DNA of 64,000 bases from an uncultured virus (IMG/VR IMGVR_UViG_3300021256_003716) (taxonomy: Duplodnaviria > Heunggongvirae > Uroviricota > Caudoviricetes): the IMG/VR virus record IMGVR_UViG_3300021256_003716. One strand, given 5' to 3'. Shown one piece after another: positions 41,901 to 55,579 of this stretch. The position numbers were made by a program, and so were the translations under genes. The notes under the pieces are model-generated. The model saw only the letters and a program-made list of their open reading frames with translations, had not been told where the DNA came from and searched no databases. Numbering within the stretch: the stretch's first letter is position 1; each line of letters begins with the position of its first letter.

Positions 41901-44900
41901 GAATTTAAGAAACTTTTTGATGAAGCTTACCCAAAATTAAAATATAAAGAATTTGTAGGCTATAAAACCGATTTTTCAGATAGTGACTGTTATAGAGTTA
42001 AAAATAAATTAGCAGGCTTTGCAGTTACAAATGAAAAAGAGCTAGTAAGTGTTTTTAATGCTGAGCAGGATTATAAATTATTAGATGATTCAGATGTAAT
42101 AGATTTTATAAAAAGAGAAGTTGATTGGCTTTGTTGTATAGAAACGCATACTTTTAATGATGAAAAATTAAATGACCCTTGGCGTTTTGAGCATTATAAT
42201 GGATATGGTCCTGTAGGATACTATTGTGAAAAATTAAAAGGTTTTGGAACTACGGGTATAACTAGAGAGGATATCTATGATATGATATACTCTAGAGGTT
42301 TTAAATTTACAATGGACTTTATGAATAAATATGGTGTTCCACATCATGAGTTTTTAGTAAATCTTAGGGGTCATATTAATAATTTTCCTTATACAGTTTC
42401 TCTTGGGCATGATGAATATAAGTTAGGAAAGTCTAGAACGTTGGAATATGTAGCTTACTTAAAAACTTTATAAGAATAGAGGATTTTAAAATGGTAAGAT
42501 TTATTGAGTTAACTGGAGAATATGTTTTTAAGTGGGAATTTAAAGAAAACCATGAAGGAACAGATTATGGATATAATGGAACAACGCATTATACCACAAA
42601 GAAAACCCATTATATTATAGCAAAGCTTAAAGGTGATGAACTTATAGATTGGCTTCAAAATTATGGACTAACACCTGACCAAATGTTTAAGGAAACAAAT
42701 CCTTTTAGTCACCTTTGGTTTGGAGAGCATGACGAAACAAAAACAATTGATAATTATACCTTAAATAAAACTGCAAAAGAATGGGCGGAAAATAATAAAG
42801 AAGTTATTGAAAAAAATCCTTGGACCGTTGTTGGTATGAATGGTGGATATGTTCTTATTTCAAATGGCTCAAAAGAGAATACCGTAGAACTTGGAAGTGC
42901 TTCTATAATGAACTTAGAAATGAATAATAACAATACTACAAATGTTAAGAATAATCCAAATATTTGTGTTAGCGCTCGTGCAAGTTTAATTTAAGAGGCA
43001 AAGTAATGATAGACAAGCCAGCTACATACCTATATAATTTATGCCCAACATTTTTTAATATAATGTTTATTATATGTGCAATTTATATGATTATAATGAT
43101 ACCTTATATTTGTTCGGGCTATATTAAATATTATATAGTAGAACCTATTAGAGCTAAGTTTATAGAAAGAAAATTGGATAATAAAAAGTTTTCTAATGAG
43201 GATTTAGAATCAATTGCAGATTGGCTAGCTTGGGTAGTGACAAATTGTGCCTCTAAAAAGCTAAGAACATATTATAATAAGGTTTTAATTAGGATAAGTG
43301 AATATTATGACAGTACTTCTAGCACATGTTGAGGATGATTGGACAGAATTCCCAAATAATGAAACAAGAGTTTTTGAGGATAGCGAAGAAGGATTTAATA
43401 GAGCAGTTAATTTTGTAGAAAGCTCTATTCCATGGGAAGAAAATCATATGAAAATATATTTTAAAAATTGCTCAAAAACAATTGGAGAAGAATCTCGTAT
43501 AATTCTTGCAAAAAGAATTAAGCGTGAAGGAAGTGTAACAGACTGGAATTGTAAAGAAAAATTTCCAGCAAAATTTTCTTTTTGTATTAAACAAGTAGAA
43601 GTTGAATAATATGGAGTAATATGACATTTTTATTTTTATATAATACTGAAGAGCAACATGAAGAACTTGTAAATATTATTATTTCAGAAGTATGTTCTCA
43701 TTTTGGATTTGATAAAGAAGATTTCCTTAAACATAAAAATGGATGTTATAGCCAGCCAGGTCTTAATTTTACATCTCATTTTGGTGATAGAGTAAAAATT
43801 GAATTGGCAAATGATATGTATTTTGAAGATTTGGAAAAAGCAAAAATGCATATTTATGATGGAAATGATTTTATAGGCTTACACGATTTGATGTCAGATA
43901 TAGAAGATAATCTTTATTTTGTACCAGAGATTGAGGTAAGATGATGGAATTAAAGGCTTTAGAGGCTTTAAAAGATGAAATTGCTCATTTAGAAGAAGCT
44001 GAAAAATTAGTAGAAATATTTAAAAATTGTTTTCCAGACTATTATGCTTTTAGAGACTTTGTAGAAAAGAATGCGAAGTATCTCACAAATGAAGAAAAAA
44101 ATAGACTTGGTTCTAGAATAGATAGTTATTTTAAATTTGATGATTCGGAGTAAAAACATGGATGAAGAACTTGTTAAGCGATTATCTAATGTAGCTTTAA
44201 AAGTTACGGATGCAATGGCAAGGGATAAAACTTGTAAAAATTGTAAACATTTAGCCTCAAAACAATTAAGTGCTATAATGCTGATTGGTGGTGGTTTTTC
44301 TACAAATGATTGTGGAAATTGTAAGAATGGTAGTAATTTTAAGGCCAGAGATTAGGTAGTAAAAATGGACAATATATTTATTGATGAAAATGGTAATTAT
44401 GATGAGAAAAAAGCCTTTGCTGCGAGAGTAGAGTATCTTAATTCTAATCATGCTGATGAAATAGCTGAGCTTAAGAGTAAGTATACTTTTCATTCATTAA
44501 AATTTTCTGATAATATGGACCGATGGTTTGACCTTTGGAGAAAACCAAAGAATTTGGAATAAATATGGAATTTTGTAAAAATTTTATCAATTTTTGCTTA
44601 AATGGCCATCAGTGGCTTTTTGTAGTATTTGCTTTGGTATTATATGCTATATCATTTTTTTTATTTATTATAGAAACTTGGGCTTCTAATAATCTTATAG
44701 CTGCTGTTGATATTTCATTTAAGGGCATTTTGAAATCATGCTTTTATGATAGTAGAATAAAGAAATATGATATTTGTACAGGCTTGCCATATATTATTTT
44801 CTGTCCATTATTTATGGTTTTGTCTACAATAATATTGGTTTGTTCTTGTTTTACATGGTTTTTTGAAAAGATTAGGAGATTATATGCCGGATAATCCTAC

Positions 44901-46446
44901 AGTTAATGAAAATATACTTACAAAATATTTTTCTGGCGGTAAAATTACTTTTGTAAAATCGAGAGAACTTACAGAAGATGAAAAATTAGCAAATTTAGAA
45001 AAAAGCGCTTTATTACAAGCTGTTGATTATGCTAAACGTCATAATGTAGATAGTGTTAGAATACAAGTTTCTAAAGATGAAATTATTTTTGATCATCTTT
45101 TTACTAAAACAGAATTAGAAAATGGTGAAAGTTTCTATAAAGAAATTGGCTGGGATAAAGCTTAATATATGAGGAAAATAATGGATTTAAAAGAAAGTTT
45201 CAAGAAGGCATTAAAAGATATTGAAGTAATAGGCGATTGGGGCTATGAAAGATATGGTTTTCAAAATGTAGAAGGGTGGCCAACAATTGATTTTGTAAAA
45301 GAAGATTATGATAACTATTTAGCTCATCCTGATGATGAAGATTATGAAAATTTTAAAAAAGGCTTATCTTTTGATGATTTTATAGAGGCTACAGTTGGAC
45401 ACGAAACGTATGAGCCTGGAGATAAAGAGGAACTCGACTGTGAAAATGTAGGGTTTACTAAGTTTGAAGTCTCCGACAATAAGATTGAATTGGGCCTTTA
45501 TGTTGGAGGTGATTGGCAACCACCGTATCTTATTAAAATTACTTTTGAAAATAATAAACTTCTTGCAGAAAATCTTGGACGAGCACCAATTGGTACAGAG
45601 ACCTCTTATGATCTTGAAAAAGAGTTTTTAAGATATATTGGTCTTATGGAGGACTAAAATGAATGAAGTTTGTAAACGAGAGTTTAAGGTCTTCGATGAT
45701 GAAATAGAACGCTTAGAAGTAAATTGTGGTTGTGAAGAGTATTATAGGGTAGGTTGGAAAACAGCTCTTATGAAAGCACAAAATAAAATTTCTAATAGCA
45801 TAAATCCAAATATGTCAGCGCAAGAAATTATTAGCATAGTAAAAGATACTTTCTTTGAATTGCTAAAGGAGTAATATATGAACTTGAGTGATGCAGCAGA
45901 AAGAATGAAGCATTTTAATGCTTTTTATACTTATCTTAAATCTTCAAAGGATTTTGAAAAACTTACTGTAAAAGACCTTTTGTGGAAAGTTTATAATCAG
46001 GCTTGTACTGATTGTGGTATAACTGCAGTTGATATTTCAGAAGAAGAAGTTGCTAAAATTATTGAGACTGAGACCTTTATTAGTTTTATTAGTGACTGTA
46101 TTACTAATCCACAAGATGCTAAAAAGTTGCCACATAATGATTATGTTAAAGTTACTTGGGATTGTACACCAGAGGATAGAGCAAAGTGTATTGCGTTCCC
46201 AGATAGATGCGAAGATGTATGTAGCGCAGAAAAGAGAACAACTCTTATAAATCTTTCTATGCTTTGTGGTATTGATTCTGATAAAAAAGAAACATTGGAT
46301 GATAAACTTCTTACAGAAGAAGAGATTGATCAATTATCAAAGATATTATCGTAATTAAGGACTTTAGTAAAGCCAGTAAGTAAAGTTACTGGCTTTTATT
46401 TTTTAAAATATAGACTATTAATATTCTCTTAACATATTATAAAAGT

Positions 46447-46860
46447 ATGAACAGATTTATTGAAATTAGAAATACTATTAATCATCGCAAAGAAGTTCAA
46501 AGAATTGCAAAAGAATTAGGATATTCATTTCCTTTTCATGATTTTGTTAAGATGATCAACATTTTTTTATTTGGTGATAAAATTGCAACTAAGCTCCATC
46601 GTAAGTTTTCAAATCATCATGCTCATATGAAACATCTTAGAATTTATTATGATGAAGGAACATATAAATGGTCTAAGGTTCAACCTGCTGGAAGATTTAT
46701 TAAAAATCAGGTAGAAGCAGCAATCGACTGGGAATCTGCTCGTTTTACAAAGCCAGAAAAACCATTGAATGCTTATGAAACTTGGAAAAGATATTATTCA
46801 GATATAGATATGGAAGATACATTAAAATCTTTAGGTTTTTGGCCAAAGAAGGAAGGATAA
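46447..46860 (+). CDS. HD-domain-like His-rich phage protein
   Basis: H...FHD...HRKFSNHH...IDWESARFTK. Confidence 0.5.
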   Translation: MNRFIEIRNTINHRKEVQRIAKELGYSFPFHDFVKMINIFLFGDKIATKLHRKFSNHHAHMKHLRIYYDEGTYKWSKVQPAGRFIKNQVEAAIDWESARFTKPEKPLNAYETWKRYYSDIDMEDTLKSLGFWPKKEG

Positions 46861-46863
46861 TTT

Positions 46864-47331
46864 ATGAAAATTTATATTGCGTCTCCATTACATACACCAG
46901 AGTGTAAAGAAGAAATCACAAGAGTAGTTGATTATCTTCGTAGTATTGGAAATGAAGTATATTCACCAATGGAGCTTAAGATTCCAAATGCTTGGGATAT
47001 TTCTAACCAGGAATGGGCAAAAAAAGTATACGATAATGATATTGCAGAGCTAAATAAAGCTGAAGTTATTGTATGTATTTATCGTGGGTTTAAGTTTGCG
47101 GGTGGTACGGGAACAGCTTGGGAACTTGGCTATGCAAAAGCAAGTAACAAAGATATTGTAGTTCTTTGTACAGATATTAAATCAAAACAGTCTCTAATGA
47201 TTATTAACAGTGCGGTTATTGCAATGCCATATAGTCAGTATAAAGAAGCTTGGGAAATGTATCAGTCTATTGATAAAAATCAAACTTTTGCTATTCCCTA
47301 TATTCATCCAGATTTGCAGGACCAGTCATAA
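46864..47331 (+). CDS. Nucleoside 2-deoxyribosyltransferase family protein
   Basis: KIYIASP, VYSP, ND...L, GTAWELGYA, SLMI. Confidence 0.88.
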   Translation: MKIYIASPLHTPECKEEITRVVDYLRSIGNEVYSPMELKIPNAWDISNQEWAKKVYDNDIAELNKAEVIVCIYRGFKFAGGTGTAWELGYAKASNKDIVVLCTDIKSKQSLMIINSAVIAMPYSQYKEAWEMYQSIDKNQTFAIPYIHPDLQDQS

Positions 47332-50300
47332 TGAAGGTCGACTTAGAATGGATTTTTATAGGGCTTGGCTGCGTAGTTGTCTGTATAATTGTTACTTTAA
47401 TAGTAGATTATAGACGGAGAAAAAATGCAGACGATCGACAAGAATTGTAGATTTACTGTTCATGATAATGAATTGTGGGCAGGCTTTATGGATTGGGTAG
47501 TTCTTATTAAGCCGGAGCATGTAGGTAATGGCCTTTTATTACGTTGGAATGTTACATTTAGCGAAGGCACGGGTGGAGATGCTTTATCACCAATTTATTG
47601 TAAAACTTTAGAACAAGCTTTTGAAATTATTAATCATTATAGAGATATTATTCATTTTGAAGATTTAGCTAAAAAAATTTTTGAGGATCAAAACTCGGAG
47701 AATTAGTATGAATAAAGAATTACAAGAATTACAAGATAAATTAAGAGAAGTTGAAAAAACAAGGGATGACCTTAAACGACAGATTCTTGCTAAAACATCT
47801 GAAGACTTATTAAATAAATTTGAGCCTGGAAAATATTATGAAGTTTATTTTGCGTCTTGTCAAAGATTCTATTATCATTGTATAAATAAGCCTACATTGC
47901 GTAGTGATGGATTAGTTTTTTTCAGTAATATAGTTAAAGAGCTTATTACAATGATGTATTATGATACTACACTGTGCCAAACAGCTTCTTTTGATGCTAG
48001 CTGTATTCCATCATGGGAAATAAAAGAAATTTCTAAAGAAGATTATTTAGAAGAAATTACAGAATATAAAGATAAGATTAGTAAATTAATTGAGGAATAA
48101 AATATGATTGATGTGGAGAAAGAGAAAAAAGAAAGATTAGAGTTCTTAAAGAAAAGTACAATTTTAACTGAAAGTATTTTCTCCGCAATAGATTTTATTT
48201 CATCAAAATTTTTAAAATATAATATTCCATTTGAGATTGTTCGGTCAGATGATATCTCAGTATATCCTAATGCAAATTGTTCAGAAGTTAGAATTCAAGT
48301 AAAAAATCATCCAATTATTTTTTATATTATTTTACTTAATAATGATTTCTCTCATAAATCTTATGGAGTAGTAGACCCAAGTGAAACATTTTTTGTTAAT
48401 AGAGAACGACAATTTGAAAATGTGATTGAAGCAAGCAAGTATATAATAAATGGAATAGGTGGTCAGACTATTAAAGTTTAAGGAGACTAAAGTGGGAATA
48501 TTAGAGGTATCATATAAAGTAGAAGATGCTCTTAAAGAGAAGGGCTTAGCGGGTACTAGGTATGGTAGTGGTTTTTGTGTTATAGATGGCGCTAGAGACG
48601 TACAATTTGGTTATAGTAATAATACCGATAAAAATGAAATCAGTAAAACTATTAAAGAGGCTATAAAAGACCAGCCAGAATATACTATTGATATAAAGTT
48701 TAGGGATGATTCTTATTCATTTTATGTAAGACCTATAAATCCACCAGAGGGCCAGTCAAGAGACTACCCAAACTGCACAAAAGGCGTTCCGGAAGAATAA
48801 ATGATTAAATCTGAACTTGAGAAGTTTATAGTAAGAAAGGGAAAAGAACTCTGTAATGAAGATTGGACTCTTGTAGAGGATGAAGATATTATAAATAGAG
48901 CTAAGTTTGCTATTACAGGTTGCGAAGAAAATAAATTTCAAGTACTTTTTGTAGCGCAAGTATTTGACTTAAAGAAATACGCTATTTGTCTTAGTGCTGG
49001 TAAAAAATCAGATGGCAAATGGAATGAATATTTTACTGATGCCGTTTCTATTATAAATAGGCTTACATCTAAAGATAAAGACAATTTTCTTTATATACCA
49101 CAAAAAGACCCTATACAAAAGGGCTTATTTAAGACCATTAACGTAGGCAAAATGTTTAAGACAGCTTGGATGATTAATTGGACTAACCTACCAGAATTTG
49201 ATTGGTCTCAATTATACATAGGAGTTGCATTTTAATGACATTTTATATATCTGCAACATTAATGCTTTTATCACTTTCCGGATTTGTACCTTATGATTTT
49301 GTACATAATCAGATTTGTAATATATGCCTTATCGCTGGGTGTATATTTAGAATTTCTGGTTTTAACATTGTTTTTACATATAAAAATATTTTTGGAGGAA
49401 GTAGAGTATTTTCTCTACCCATTTAAATGGAAAATATAGAAGATATTATAAAAAAATACGATAATGATAATATAGATAGACCAATTGGATCCGTCGAGGG
49501 TGATGCGATTTTTATTAATCCAAAAACGCTTAAATATTTTGAGGTAATGCCTTCTGATAAATACAAAGATGGAAAGTATTATTTTAAGAATACACTTGGT
49601 GAGTTTTCTGTACCAGTTAAAACGGATAAGTTGATACCAGAAGGCCAGCTTTTAGTTTATGGTAAGTCTAATACAGCTGAGCCAGAAATGGCATATAGCC
49701 CATTTTTACCATTTATCTCTACATCAAATATGCCTTTTTATAAAACAATTAAGCGTAAAATTCCTAAAAAGGAATTAAAAGCAAATATTTCACATGCTAG
49801 AAAAACAGATCCATTGACATTAGTATTTACTCTAACATTTCTCAAAGATAGAGATGAGCAAATTATGTATACATATTTTGATGATGATAATAAGATACAT
49901 AATATTATTATATCCCTTTCTAAGTCATATAAAGATGGATTTGGTTTTAAATATAGAAATTTGGATGTCTGGCATCAAAATGATGAAACAAGCGATATGG
50001 TAGAAATTAGTACAGTTAAAATTCCGGATAGTTATAAAGGCTGGAGTGACTGTGTAGCTTATATGCATGGTATTTATAGAGATAGTAAAGATTCTTGTTA
50101 TGATGTAACTGTACGTCTTGATAATGGTTATGTTAGCTCAGAAGAATTAGAGGTAGTCTAATGTCAAAAATAACAATTGATTCTGATAATTTTACAGAAG
50201 AACAATTTAATAATATTCAAGACTTAATTAAAAAATACAATGATGAAAATTCAGACCCTTTTTTAGTAGCTGCTAAAGCGTATGCAAAAACAAAAACTCA

Positions 50301-51164
50301 AGATGCTGGATTAGCTCCACTAGTTGAAGATGCTTTTGTAAATGGTGCAATTTGGCATAAGGATTTATTATCAAAGGAAGACTATACCAAAATTATTTAT
50401 GTATTAGCTTCTGCTTTTAGTAATCCAGAGTATGATGAAGATGCACGAAAAAGTGCAATGCAATTTGTATTTAAGTTATGTAAAATTTTTGAAGTAGACC
50501 CTAGGGACTTTGTAAGTTAAAATATAGCCAAGCTTTATGCTTGGCTTTTTTTATATACATATTATAATAAATATAGGAAGAATTATGAATTATTTTAATG
50601 AAAAAGAGATTAAATTAGTAAAGCCAAAGAAAATTTATTCAAAAATTAAAATCAGACTTATGAATTATGATACCCATGATGCATTTGAAGTTAAGGGCGC
50701 ACCGGAAGATTTTGAAAAGCTTAATTTTGAAAATAATAATTGGGTGAATGTAACTCTTACAAAAGAAAATCAAGATGCTTTATTAAAAGCCATGAATAAT
50801 AATAAAATAGAAAATAGCTGGATGGTGCCGAAAGAAACAATGAAGTATTTATTTGATTGGACGGTTTGGGATGAAATTCCAGAAGACTTAGAAGAAAAAG
50901 ATGATAATGGTGATAAAGTACAATTTGAATATTTTTAATAAAGGTAATATAATATGATTGAACTACAGAAAAAAGAAGTTAAAAAAATTAATAATAAACT
51001 TAATACCATTTTTAGAGCAATTTTTACAGCTATCCCGGTAGAAGCAACCTGCGAATGGGTTATGAATGCTATTAAAGTTCAGGATTATAAAGCTGTAATT
51101 ATAAATCTTATTTTAGGTAGTTTAGTTACCATAACTATAAATACAATTTGGGAGCACACAAAAG

Positions 51165-51899
51165 ATGGAAACTAAAGTAGCTTATATTGCGGATTTAGAC
51201 CAGGATATAGATGATGTAATTGCAATTGAATATCTTCATAAATATGATGCTCTTGCATATATTGTATGTGACCCTTTACCAATTACAGAAGAGGGTAAGC
51301 AGCGTTTAAGTAAGTTTACTAGTAAAGGAATTACTATTTTTCCAGAAATACAGTCAGGCACGAAAATAGTATTTTGTGGAGGTGCACTTACAAAAGTAGC
51401 TGAGTTTATTGGTAAAGGTGAATATCTAAGAGCTCTTGTTATGAATGGCGGCTTTGTTGGTAGAAACATAATAGACCCTTCAGAACAATTGCCAAAATTT
51501 AAGGGTAAAGAATTTGTTAAAACTTACAATTTTAACCTTGACATAAAAGCTACTGAGAAAGTTTTATCGTCATCAGATAATAGTATTGGACAGATTTTCT
51601 TAATTGGAAAACATTTATGTCATGATGAAAAAAATACTATTAAAGATTTATGGGCAACAGATTTCTTTTATGATCTTAAAGAAGAATATAAATTTGATGA
51701 TGGTAAAAGATTGCATGATGTATTAGCTTGTCATGAAGGTTTAGCATTATTAAATATTATTCCAGAAAAAACTTATTGTTCATATTTTGATTTAAGTCCT
51801 ATAAAAAATGGTGATACTTGGGGAGCTGCTCAAGATATTACAAGATATGCAAAATATGATATCTTTAGAAAGTGCCGAGTAGCAGTCTATTGGAAATAG
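51165..51899 (+). CDS. Inosine/uridine-preferring nucleoside hydrolase-like protein
   Basis: ADLDQDIDDVIA (DxDxxxDD), GGALT, MNGG, YNFNLD, LHDVLA. Confidence 0.75.
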   Translation: METKVAYIADLDQDIDDVIAIEYLHKYDALAYIVCDPLPITEEGKQRLSKFTSKGITIFPEIQSGTKIVFCGGALTKVAEFIGKGEYLRALVMNGGFVGRNIIDPSEQLPKFKGKEFVKTYNFNLDIKATEKVLSSSDNSIGQIFLIGKHLCHDEKNTIKDLWATDFFYDLKEEYKFDDGKRLHDVLACHEGLALLNIIPEKTYCSYFDLSPIKNGDTWGAAQDITRYAKYDIFRKCRVAVYWK

Positions 51900-53630
51900 A
51901 GCTATTATATTTATTATGAATAAATTTTTTAGAAAAATAAAACAAAAACTATTTCCTGAAAAAAGATATTATTTTATTGCTACTGTTAGACGTGTAAAAG
52001 AGACCTCTTCTAATGGTCAAGAGTTCGAAACAGAGGATACACGTTCTTGGGGTTTTTATAGGTCTAAGAAAAAAGCAATAAAAGCAGTTACTGAAAACTG
52101 GACCGATATGAATGAAATGGGCTATTATCCATGGGCAGTAATTGGCACTTATAATGAAGGCTTAATAGCTCAAGTTTTCGAAGAACCTGAAATGTGGTTT
52201 AAGGAAAGCTATCACCAATTATCAAATGATGAACTTGCTGAAATTGAAAAGAAAGCACCAGAAAAGTTTAAGAAAGACTGTACTATAAACCAAAAAACTG
52301 GAAGAGTTCAGTGGCATTATAATGATGGGTGGCATGATAACTTTGAGGGTTATAGACCTTGTGAGATACCAGAATGGGCAAAAGGATTTAGTGGATGGGC
52401 GCTGTAAAACATAAGTTTATTTTTGGAAAAGACTATTATCTCAATATGATTAAGCCTATTCGAGAAGAATTAGGTAAGCAATTAAATAAAAAAATTGGAG
52501 TTGCTAAAAAGAATAAAGATGGTACATATACTGTAACGCTTGAATATTGGGAAATGGACGCGATAGATAGAATTACTGAAGGAGTATGGAGGCAAAACGA
52601 AGTAAAATGAGCGGAAAAAATAGATATGAACGAGCAAAGAGTAAATGGATTTGTGTTATCTGTGCATTTTTCTTTCTTACTACAATGGTATCAGCTTTTT
52701 GGCTATCTCTTAAAAAGTCACCAGAAGTTAGAGTTTTTGATAATGAATTAAAATCCGTTAAAGAAAAAGTTTCAAATAAGAAAGGAGAACTTTCTGATTT
52801 AGAAAAAAGCATAAAAGAGCTTACTGATCAGAAGACATTCATTGAAAATGAGCTTAAGGCATATGAAGATAGATTTGATCCAATCTCCGGAGAAGCAACT
52901 CAATTTGACGTTGAAGGAAAAATTTATTATTGTTTCAGAAATGAAGCAACATTAAAGTCAACCATAGATAGAGTTTTACAGGCGTCTGGAGTTACATACC
53001 CTAAAGAAGCTGCTTTTGAAATTAATAAGAATTGGTCTAAAACATCTAGCTATCCTTCTGATGTAGCAAATAATATGAGAGTATATAAAATGCCGTATGT
53101 TTATAGAGAAGAAGTTGATATGATGTCAACTAAGATTAAGCATACTTTTATTCTCTATTATAGAGATGCTAGTGGCTATATTTATTATCAAAAGTTTGCG
53201 TATGCTTTTATGAAGGAGTAATATATGTTGAAATATTACCTTATTGTAATGATTATAACATTATTATTCTCAGCTTTTTTTAGCTATAAATGGCTAGATG
53301 AAACTGATAAGTATTTCCAATTTTTTTTGCTTGCGGATGTGTTTGCTAATGCAACTTTTATGTTAGTAATTACAATTATTACTGGTTCAATACATCCTTT
53401 ATTTTTTATTTGTAGCACTTTATCAGGAGTTTTTTTAGCTCTTATAATTATGAGTATAAAAAATATTCTTTGGCATACTAGAATAATTTATGAAGAAGAA
53501 GAACAGGCTAGACTTGAAGCTATAAAAAATAATCCTTATTATCAACAAGCTCATGACGAGGTTAATGACCTTGTAGAAGGTCGTAAAGACCCAAAAATAA
53601 ATTTGAATAAATAAGTTTTAATAGCCTAGA

Positions 53631-55478
53631 TTATTTAATTATTTTTAGCACATCTACTATAGGACCCAGATTATTTGTTCTAATGGCATTGATAAGATTA
53701 TCAATGCCAGTTCTACTAGCAAAGTCGAGGAAGCATTTTTCATTACCTATAAGTATTCTAGCATCTTTATTTTCTAATAAGGCTGAAATAAACTCTCTAA
53801 CTTTTTTTGGTGGCAAATGGTTATTGTTTAGAGTAATATCTACGATTTGTTTTTTTGCTAGCAACTGTAAATAAGTGATAAAGGTATTATCAAAATCATC
53901 AGGGTATCCCGCTGTACCACCACCAGTATTTATTTTTCCAATTCTTGCTGCTACTATCATATATTTATCGAATGATATACCTTTACATGAGAAAACCTTA
54001 TTTTGAGTATATTTTGTATAGCTTAATAAAGCATAAAGGTATGGAGAATGTATTATATCTTCGAAAGTATTATAATCCATGTCTTTTGGGTTGATACAGT
54101 CAGTTGCAACATACTTAATATATTCTTTTATGTATTCTAGTATCTCATCATCTGCACTAACGATTTCTCTACAGATATCGTAAAATGGAATACCCATATC
54201 TTTTATTTTTTTATTATATTGGGCAGATATATCAGAATATATAAATAAGCCTTTTAATTCTTCTCCCTCAAATTCGTATATATCGCTATTTAATAATTTT
54301 ATATCTTCTTCATCAATATACTGTAATAGTCCCTTAGCTTTATAAGCCTCTACAATTTTTCCTAAAGTTACAGCATGTGTGTCTTTATAATAGAGACCTA
54401 ATATGCTTAAATCCGGTAAAAGCGTACATTTATAGAGTGCATTATTTAATTCTTCAGGATCATATTTTATCTTACTTAGAGCTTCATTATCAAGAGACTT
54501 TAATGCTATATCTCTAAAATCCGCAAGGCTATATTTTATTAAATTTCCATTATCATTTACTATAACTTTTAGTACATTAGAAGGGAATCTTATGAGGTCT
54601 CTATATTCGACCATATGGTCCTCTTTGTCCATCCAGTCAAATCTATCTAAACTAAACGCAATCTGCCAAGCCTCTATATATTTACTATTCTCAAACTCTT
54701 TTATTACATAAAGCTTATTTTTTCCAGCATTTGTATAATGATCATAGTATTCCTTTGTTGCGGCCGTACACCATCTTGCTTTATTATAATTTTTGTATTC
54801 ATTTGAAATAAGGTCCTCATAATCGTCAGCATTGCTGACTTTTGATGGGAAAGGCTCTATATGCGACGCAAGTTCTATGTCTCCCTCAAAGGACTTTGGT
54901 ACATAAACCCCCCAATGAGAATCTTCATAAAGAGTATCATATAATTGTTTAGCTTGCTCTGGGTTTACATTATGCTTTTTAGCGTCTCGCTCAGCTTTGA
55001 TTTCTAAAACATTCTTTTCAAAATTATGCCACAAGTCTTTATTATATGGCTCTTCCATTATTTTCTTATATATTGATAAATCTTTTATCCATTGTGACTT
55101 TGCATTTTGTGCAAATACAACTAAAGCGTCCATACTATCAGATGTGATCTTATCAAAAATTACAAATGTTTCAGATTTTCTAATAAGAAGCGCGATAGTT
55201 TCATTTACTGCCCAATTTTTACCAGTAATACGAGTAAGTAAATTAAATAAAGACACATTTATAACATGTAGATGTGTATTATCTACTTCTGTCAATTCCT
55301 CGTAACGCTTTGATACTAAAGTATAAAGCCATTCTGGTAAAAATTTTTTTCCATCTAAAAATCTTAAAATATAGCCAGACCTGATAGCGTCTAATACAGA
55401 TGTCGGTGTAGTAAACTCTTTAGCTTCATTTAGTCTAGTAGCTTTAGCTGATTCATAAATAGCTTCAAAAAGATTCAT
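53631..55478 (-). CDS. Large hypothetical protein, probably virion-associated (WCT motif family)
   Basis: N-terminal LFEA/IYES/LNEA sites; KARWCTA motif seen in large-phage proteins; CTAATT just upstream. Confidence 0.55.
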   Translation of the reverse strand: MNLFEAIYESAKATRLNEAKEFTTPTSVLDAIRSGYILRFLDGKKFLPEWLYTLVSKRYEELTEVDNTHLHVINVSLFNLLTRITGKNWAVNETIALLIRKSETFVIFDKITSDSMDALVVFAQNAKSQWIKDLSIYKKIMEEPYNKDLWHNFEKNVLEIKAERDAKKHNVNPEQAKQLYDTLYEDSHWGVYVPKSFEGDIELASHIEPFPSKVSNADDYEDLISNEYKNYNKARWCTAATKEYYDHYTNAGKNKLYVIKEFENSKYIEAWQIAFSLDRFDWMDKEDHMVEYRDLIRFPSNVLKVIVNDNGNLIKYSLADFRDIALKSLDNEALSKIKYDPEELNNALYKCTLLPDLSILGLYYKDTHAVTLGKIVEAYKAKGLLQYIDEEDIKLLNSDIYEFEGEELKGLFIYSDISAQYNKKIKDMGIPFYDICREIVSADDEILEYIKEYIKYVATDCINPKDMDYNTFEDIIHSPYLYALLSYTKYTQNKVFSCKGISFDKYMIVAARIGKINTGGGTAGYPDDFDNTFITYLQLLAKKQIVDITLNNNHLPPKKVREFISALLENKDARILIGNEKCFLDFASRTGIDNLINAIRTNNLGPIVDVLKIIK

Positions 55479-55579
55479 ATAGAATTAGTTTTTCTTTATT
55501 TTGAATACGCAAGACTAATTTTAGTATATTTTCTAAAATTATTTAGAATATAATATTTTATTGGTTTTGGGTAGTTTGA

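Larger units (their letters stand above)
35869..53614 (+). other. About 18 kb array of small, tightly packed accessory ORFs, mostly hypothetical (e.g. 37739-38476, 39210-39824, 39824-41164, 41874-42473, 49427-50161, 52586-53221)
   Basis: Roughly 40 co-oriented ORFs with short or overlapping junctions; terminators at 46369-46397 and 50526-50552, each followed by an ACATATTATA motif. Confidence 0.75.

Noticed and set aside
1061..55305. Many short antisense or out-of-frame ORFs nested in larger genes (e.g. 1061..1303, 12783..13052, 15562..15966, 28024..28383, 54997..55305)
   Set aside because: Shadow ORFs with no RBS or recognisable motifs
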